A program made the translations under genes and the position numbers. The notes under the pieces are model-generated. The model was not told the DNA's origin and ran no database searches. It worked only from the letters and a program-made list of their open reading frames with translations. 64,000 nt of DNA from Fimbriimonadales bacterium (GTDB lineage Bacteria; Armatimonadota; Fimbriimonadia; Fimbriimonadales; ATM1): positions 1 through 64,000 of the forward strand of contig JBPCLO010000006.1 of assembly GCA_051003155.1 (NCBI GenBank), given 5' to 3'. The first letter of the stretch is position 1. Each line of letters starts with the position of its first letter. Positions 59,201 to 64,000 of this stretch are shown here, in pieces.

Positions 59201-61072
59201 TCAAGCAATTCGGTCGCCAGGGTTCAACTCGCAGGTGATGAACATCCGCCGCCAAAGCTCCAGTTGGAAAAGGCACCAGAGCTTTTTGGAGTGGTCCCGA
59301 GCGCGCGACTGATGCTCCTCGATCAACTTTTTGAGATGAGCCGCATCGAACCATTCGCGGCACCCGGAGTCGCCGGCCAGCAATACTGCTTCTAGAGAGT
59401 CTTTCCACGGGCCTCGGAACCACTCGCCAACGGGGAGCTTGAATCCCCACTTCTTCCGGGCGAGAATCTCCTCGGGCAGATACTCCCCTGCGATTTGCAT
59501 CAGCGGGTATTTGCCGTTCGGGCCGCGGAGCCGGAAATCCGCGGGCATGTGTCCCACCGCGTACTCGATCACGCGATGGTCGAGAAACGGGCAGCGGAGT
59601 TCAAGCGAGTGCGCCATCGTCATGCGGTCGCCGCGCAGGAGTAAGTTCGCCGGCAGCCACTCCCGGAAGTCGAGGTACATCATCAAGTCCGCTGCCTTGT
59701 CGGAACGGAAACCTTTGGAGCGCTGACGCCCGTAGGCGGTCGGAGACCCTTTCGGTTTCTTGCCGCCGTAAAGCTCCTGTCTTTCGCGGCTGCTGAACGC
59801 CCCGAACCAGCGGGCGAAGCGTTCGAATTTATCCGATTCGGCGAGCGCCGCAAGCATCGTGTTTCTGCGCTCCGAACCAGGACGAAACAGCGTCGCCAGC
59901 GGCGACGCGGCGGCTCCTATCGGGCCGAACTTCTGGAGGAGATTTTCAGCGCGGTACTTCGGGTAGCCGCCGAGAATCTCGTCGCTGCCCTCGCCGCTCA
60001 GAACGACCGTAACTTCCGTTCGTGCCAGCTCCGCGAGCTTGTAAATCGCCAAATCGGATGGCTCGCTGATGGGGGTTTCACGCGCCATCAGAACCTTGCC
60101 GACGACCGAGAGCATTTCGCCTGATGTAGCGACGATTTCGAAATGCTCAGTACCCAAGTGGTCGGACACGAGGCGAGCCATCGGCGTTTCGCTGAAGCCT
60201 GTGTCGAAGCCGACGGAGAACGTTTTGAGCGTCCCCGTTGTGACCTTTCGAATCAGAGCGCAAATCATCGACGAATCGATGCCTCCCGAAAGAAAGGCTC
60301 CTACCGGAACGTCCGCGACCATCCTCGTAGCGACGGCTCGGGTTAACTCCTCCTGAAATGCCGCGCACATCTCCACCTCGGTTAGATGAGCAAGGCGGCA
60401 TGGTTCGGGATAGCTCCAAAACGACTCCGGCTCGGCCATTGAACCGTCCGGCCGCACCCCGATCCATGTTCCCATTGGGAGGCACTCGATGTCTTTGAAT
60501 AGGGTCTCGTTGCCCGGGAGGTAGCGGTGGGTGACCCATGTCGCGATTTGCGAGGTGTCGATATCTCGTGGCACCGCAGGGTGCGTTAGTAGGGCTTTGA
60601 TCTCGGAGGCAAAAGCGAAGCCACCGGTCCATCGATAGAAATACAGCGGCTTCTTACCGCACCTGTCGCGGGCAAGGAACAGCCGCTGCTCGCGCGCATC
60701 CCAGAGTGCGAGCGCGAACATCCCTGCCAAACGCTTAATGCAATCGGGCCCCCACTGCTGCCATGCGTGCAGGATAGTTTCCGTGTCGCTCGTGGTGTTG
60801 TAGTTCCCGCCAAGCTCTCGGCGAACGTCGAGGTGATTGTAGATCTCACCGTTGAAGACTATCGTGTAGCGGCCGTCGGGAGTAGACATCGGCTGATGGC
60901 CACAAGCAAGGTCGAGGATCGATAGCCGCCGGAATCCGAGAGCGACCGGACCGTCGATGAACGCGCCCGAGTCGTCGGGACCGCGATGGGCGACCGCGTC
61001 CGTCATGCCCGTCAGCAATTCAGGGTCCGGTCGGTCGCCATCACGTAACAGAAAGCCTGCAATCCCGCACAT
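59201..61072 (-). CDS. asnB: Asparagine synthase (glutamine-hydrolysing) family amidotransferase
   Basis: MCGIAG, HRGPD, RRLSILDL, FNGEIYN, LSGGIDSS, SGEGSDE..GGY, DRMTMAHSLE.R.PFLD. Confidence 0.93.
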   Translation of the reverse strand: MCGIAGFLLRDGDRPDPELLTGMTDAVAHRGPDDSGAFIDGPVALGFRRLSILDLACGHQPMSTPDGRYTIVFNGEIYNHLDVRRELGGNYNTTSDTETILHAWQQWGPDCIKRLAGMFALALWDAREQRLFLARDRCGKKPLYFYRWTGGFAFASEIKALLTHPAVPRDIDTSQIATWVTHRYLPGNETLFKDIECLPMGTWIGVRPDGSMAEPESFWSYPEPCRLAHLTEVEMCAAFQEELTRAVATRMVADVPVGAFLSGGIDSSMICALIRKVTTGTLKTFSVGFDTGFSETPMARLVSDHLGTEHFEIVATSGEMLSVVGKVLMARETPISEPSDLAIYKLAELARTEVTVVLSGEGSDEILGGYPKYRAENLLQKFGPIGAAASPLATLFRPGSERRNTMLAALAESDKFERFARWFGAFSSRERQELYGGKKPKGSPTAYGRQRSKGFRSDKAADLMMYLDFREWLPANLLLRGDRMTMAHSLELRCPFLDHRVIEYAVGHMPADFRLRGPNGKYPLMQIAGEYLPEEILARKKWGFKLPVGEWFRGPWKDSLEAVLLAGDSGCREWFDAAHLKKLIEEHQSRARDHSKKLWCLFQLELWRRMFITCELNPGDRIA

Positions 61073-61074
61073 CT

Positions 61075-62793
61075 TTAGGGCAGCCTCCGCAAGGACGTCG
61101 TCACGCTCCAATTCTGGCCCCTCGCCTTCGCCCGAAGCTGATGAATCGGGGACTTTTGGCCGAATTGGCGTGAATAGAAGCCTGCTGGCGCCTGCTCGTC
61201 CCCGTAGAAGGTCTCAATCGTGTAGGGCAAGCTACTTTCTATTTCCATCGAGAATCGTTTGCCGGACGGAGTGGTGAGTGTGATTCGATTGCCGATCGCT
61301 ACGAGGCCGACGTACTGGCCGAAATTCCAGATTAGCTCGTAGCCGTGCGGCTTGCCAAGGCCCGACAGGGTGTCCGCAACCTGCAAGAGTCTATCAGAGG
61401 ATGGAAGTGTAACACGCCGAAGGTGAGTGACGGGGTCTGCCAGCCGCTTGTAACCGTCGTGCGCGCCTTCGAACTCGCGCTCGGCAATCTGATGAAGCCT
61501 GCCGTTGGCTTGTGTCGACCAAAGGAACGCGCCGCCGAATTCGGCCTGATCTGTGCCATCCACCCTCACCGTGTTATGGGCGGCCGTTCCCTTGAAGTAT
61601 CGCCTCCAGAAGTCGTCTTCGTGGTAGCAGAAGGTGCCTGAATCCGTGAGAAGTTCTTCTTCGCCGTCACTTAGGATGATCGAGAGCTGGTCGCAGTGTG
61701 CATGGGCGGCGATTGAAGGGTAGCCGAAGGGCCCGGCACGAAAGCAACCCCGAAGATCGCCCTCCCGAAAAATCACATAGCCACCTTCTGGGTAGACCTG
61801 GAGGTAGTCCCCTTGAGGCGGGGGCGGGAACCGTTCGAGGGGCATTACTCCATCGTCTCGATCGCCAATTTCGAACCATATGCCTGGCGAGCGGCTCATG
61901 GCGCCCACGAAGCCGGACATTTTGTCGATGACTTCGTCGAGAGCGTCCTCCATGCCGAGGCCGAGTTTTTGCGCATAACCTCGTCCCTTCTCGAAAAAGC
62001 CCAAGACGTAGGCATGGTAGTAGTTCGCTTGCTCACGGTCGACGCCGTCAGGAGTTACCTGTCGTCCGGCTTCCATGATGAGGTTGTGCCATGCGTTGGT
62101 GGCCCAAGGTTCCGCGGTATTTCGATCCAGTAAGCATCCGGCTGCAAGCACCCCGACGAGCTCGCCGACTAGATGGTTATTGGCAGACGAGAAAAGCGAC
62201 GGAAATTGCAGGATGTGCTCGATCTGTTCCTGTGCCGACCGCCGGATGATGGAAAGATAAGGCGCGATTTCGGTGTTCGACGAGTAAGGCTCCATGGCCG
62301 CCTGCCAAGCGATCATTCGGAACGCGTGTTCGAGGCTGCTGGCCCAATTGATGCCGAGAGGACGGGGGTTTTCGGCGATCCAATGGAGGATGATGCCCAC
62401 CGTGGCGAGCATCGCGTCGTTCGACGGGTACCTGTTCCAATCGATGAGAAAGCTGTGGCGGTTCAGCTCCCAGATGTTCTTCGGATTTCCGTACTTTTCG
62501 GCGTCGCGATAATCGATCGTCGGCCAAGGATCGAGGGGGGCTCGAATTTGGGATTTCGCATCCAGGTGCCAATCGGGAAGTTCGGCGGGATAGTCGAACG
62601 ATTCGTCGAAAAACGCTACGCGGTAGCTCTTCGTCGGCCTTTCCATGGAGTCGTAGGCAAGCTTGGCTTCTTCGACAAGGATCGACTTGGGCCGCCGACG
62701 GTCTTTTCGTGCTCTGAGAGATTGACTCGACCGAAAAAGGAGTTCCGGAACGCTCATGGCGCGAAGGCGTTTCAGTTTCCATGCAAGCGACAT
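61075..62793 (-). CDS. Heparinase II/III-like protein
   Basis: K..WELNR, W...NP...G.NW...E...R, NNHL, DG...EQ...YH, AAHAH.D.LS, DSGT..Y, AHNT..VDG.DQ. Confidence 0.85.
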   Translation of the reverse strand: MSLAWKLKRLRAMSVPELLFRSSQSLRARKDRRRPKSILVEEAKLAYDSMERPTKSYRVAFFDESFDYPAELPDWHLDAKSQIRAPLDPWPTIDYRDAEKYGNPKNIWELNRHSFLIDWNRYPSNDAMLATVGIILHWIAENPRPLGINWASSLEHAFRMIAWQAAMEPYSSNTEIAPYLSIIRRSAQEQIEHILQFPSLFSSANNHLVGELVGVLAAGCLLDRNTAEPWATNAWHNLIMEAGRQVTPDGVDREQANYYHAYVLGFFEKGRGYAQKLGLGMEDALDEVIDKMSGFVGAMSRSPGIWFEIGDRDDGVMPLERFPPPPQGDYLQVYPEGGYVIFREGDLRGCFRAGPFGYPSIAAHAHCDQLSIILSDGEEELLTDSGTFCYHEDDFWRRYFKGTAAHNTVRVDGTDQAEFGGAFLWSTQANGRLHQIAEREFEGAHDGYKRLADPVTHLRRVTLPSSDRLLQVADTLSGLGKPHGYELIWNFGQYVGLVAIGNRITLTTPSGKRFSMEIESSLPYTIETFYGDEQAPAGFYSRQFGQKSPIHQLRAKARGQNWSVTTSLRRLP

Positions 62794-62915
62794 ATATATT
62801 TGGCGGTTCGGGGGTGGCGCCGACGCTACGATGATGCTACATTTTAGCCCTGCTTGCTCCAACGATCTCACGCGGTCGTCAGGTTCCATGATGCTTGCGG
62901 TATCGTCAGTTCCCT

Positions 62916-64000
62916 ATGCCACTCGATCCCGACGAAGAAGGATTGAAGCAACGATTCGAGTCCGCTGGCTCCGAGCATACTGAAAGGCCAAGAACCCGCA
63001 TTCTGATGATTGGACCCGCCCTCGACGTTAAGGGGGGCGTATCAAGCGTCGAAATAGCGATCATCGAAAACCTCTCGTCGGAATTCGAGGTCGATTTCTT
63101 GCCTTCGTACACTGACACAAGTCGACTGCGCGCGGGGCTAATGCTTCTCAAGGCTATGGCGGCCATTCCGTTTCGAGCCAAGATGGCGGACATCGTCCAC
63201 ATTCACTTCAGCAAGGGTGGCAGCACGCTGCGGAAGGCCATTCTCGCTAAGCTCGTGCTTCTCTCGCGCCGGCCCTTGGTGCTTCACTCGCACGCTTCCT
63301 CGTATGCCTTCTATTACGAGCTTCCTGGCATCGCGAAGGCTTGGGTTTCGTCATTTTTGGGGAGCGCGAGGAGGTTTGTTGCGCTCTCGGAAAGCTGGGC
63401 GGAGAAATACGCAGCGCTCGGCGTTCCGAAAGGCCGGATCGTGGTTATGCCCAACCCCGTGGTGACGCCGAAGGATGTAGAGCAGCGGCAAGGCCGCGAC
63501 ACGGTCACCTTCGTTTTCCTCGGTGAGATGGGCACACGGAAGGGCGCTTTCGATCTCGCCGAGGCCTTCCTACGCGTTTCGAGCGAGCGGCCGCAGGCGC
63601 GCCTCGCGATGGCCGGCAACGGCGATGTCGAAAGGGTGCGCCACATGGTCGCAGGAAATGGTGCAGCGACGATCTATGGCTGGATCGACGCGGCCGAGCG
63701 GGATCGACTCCTACGGTCGGCGGACGTGTTCGTCTTGCCCTCGTTCGACGAGGGGCTACCGATGTCAATGCTCGAAGCGCTCGGCCACGCGTTGCCACCG
63801 ATCGTTACGCCGGTGGGTGGAATCCCTGAGGTCATAGTGGACGGACGGAACGGGCTCATGGTTGCGCCCGGGAAAGTCGACGAGATCGCGGCGGCAATGA
63901 TTCGGCTGATTGACAATCCGGAGGAGCGCGCGGCGATAGGCAAGGCGGCACGCGCGACCGGCGAGCAGTACGACGTCAGCCAATACGTTTTGAAAATGCG
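62916..64000 (+). CDS. Glycosyltransferase family 4 (GT-B); runs off the window and is absent from the ORF track
   Basis: Open frame RILMIGP..GGV, DIVHIH, HSH, FLG....KG..DL, ADVFVLPS..EGLPMSMLEA...LP...TPVGGIPE; start uncertain. Confidence 0.9.
   Translation, partial: MPLDPDEEGLKQRFESAGSEHTERPRTRILMIGPALDVKGGVSSVEIAIIENLSSEFEVDFLPSYTDTSRLRAGLMLLKAMAAIPFRAKMADIVHIHFSKGGSTLRKAILAKLVLLSRRPLVLHSHASSYAFYYELPGIAKAWVSSFLGSARRFVALSESWAEKYAALGVPKGRIVVMPNPVVTPKDVEQRQGRDTVTFVFLGEMGTRKGAFDLAEAFLRVSSERPQARLAMAGNGDVERVRHMVAGNGAATIYGWIDAAERDRLLRSADVFVLPSFDEGLPMSMLEALGHALPPIVTPVGGIPEVIVDGRNGLMVAPGKVDEIAAAMIRLIDNPEERAAIGKAARATGEQYDVSQYVLKM

Overview
GC-rich bacterial chromosomal window. The gene content and protein style suggest Armatimonadota/Fimbriimonadia, but that assignment is an inference. 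In order it holds: the tail of a PEP-CTERM protein gene; cca and plsC; a ~15-kb respiratory supercluster (heme O synthase, an extra COX subunit III, SCO, DUF420, alternative complex III actA-G, a second SCO and an A2-type caa3-like oxidase); hutG/hutH; a GAF-PAS histidine kinase; serS; tpiA divergent from eno-pyk-ftsB-like; etfAB and a FadN-like enzyme; mutL-ruvC; the RNase P RNA gene; pyrE-panD-ccmF-ccmE; a nuclease/DUF2075 helicase gene; an imuA-less imuB-like/dnaE2 mutagenesis cassette followed by a degenerate Doc/Fic gene; rarA; an M28 peptidase; and the edge of a polysaccharide locus (asnB, heparinase II/III-like, GT4). Several decayed genes are interspersed, including a clear deletion scar joining TolC to the last codons of a MacB-type permease. 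Best candidates for new biology: (i) the mutagenesis cassette, with a candidate AGAC-N4-GTCT operator that has a near match upstream of mutL-ruvC, an extra Trp-rich module on the DnaE2 N-terminus and a pseudo-Doc gene; (ii) an ActE whose usual Met heme ligand appears to be His; (iii) inverted heptamer-repeat tracts beside rnpB; (iv) pervasive leaderless-promoter architecture. No database searches were run; all calls rest on motifs read from the sequence.
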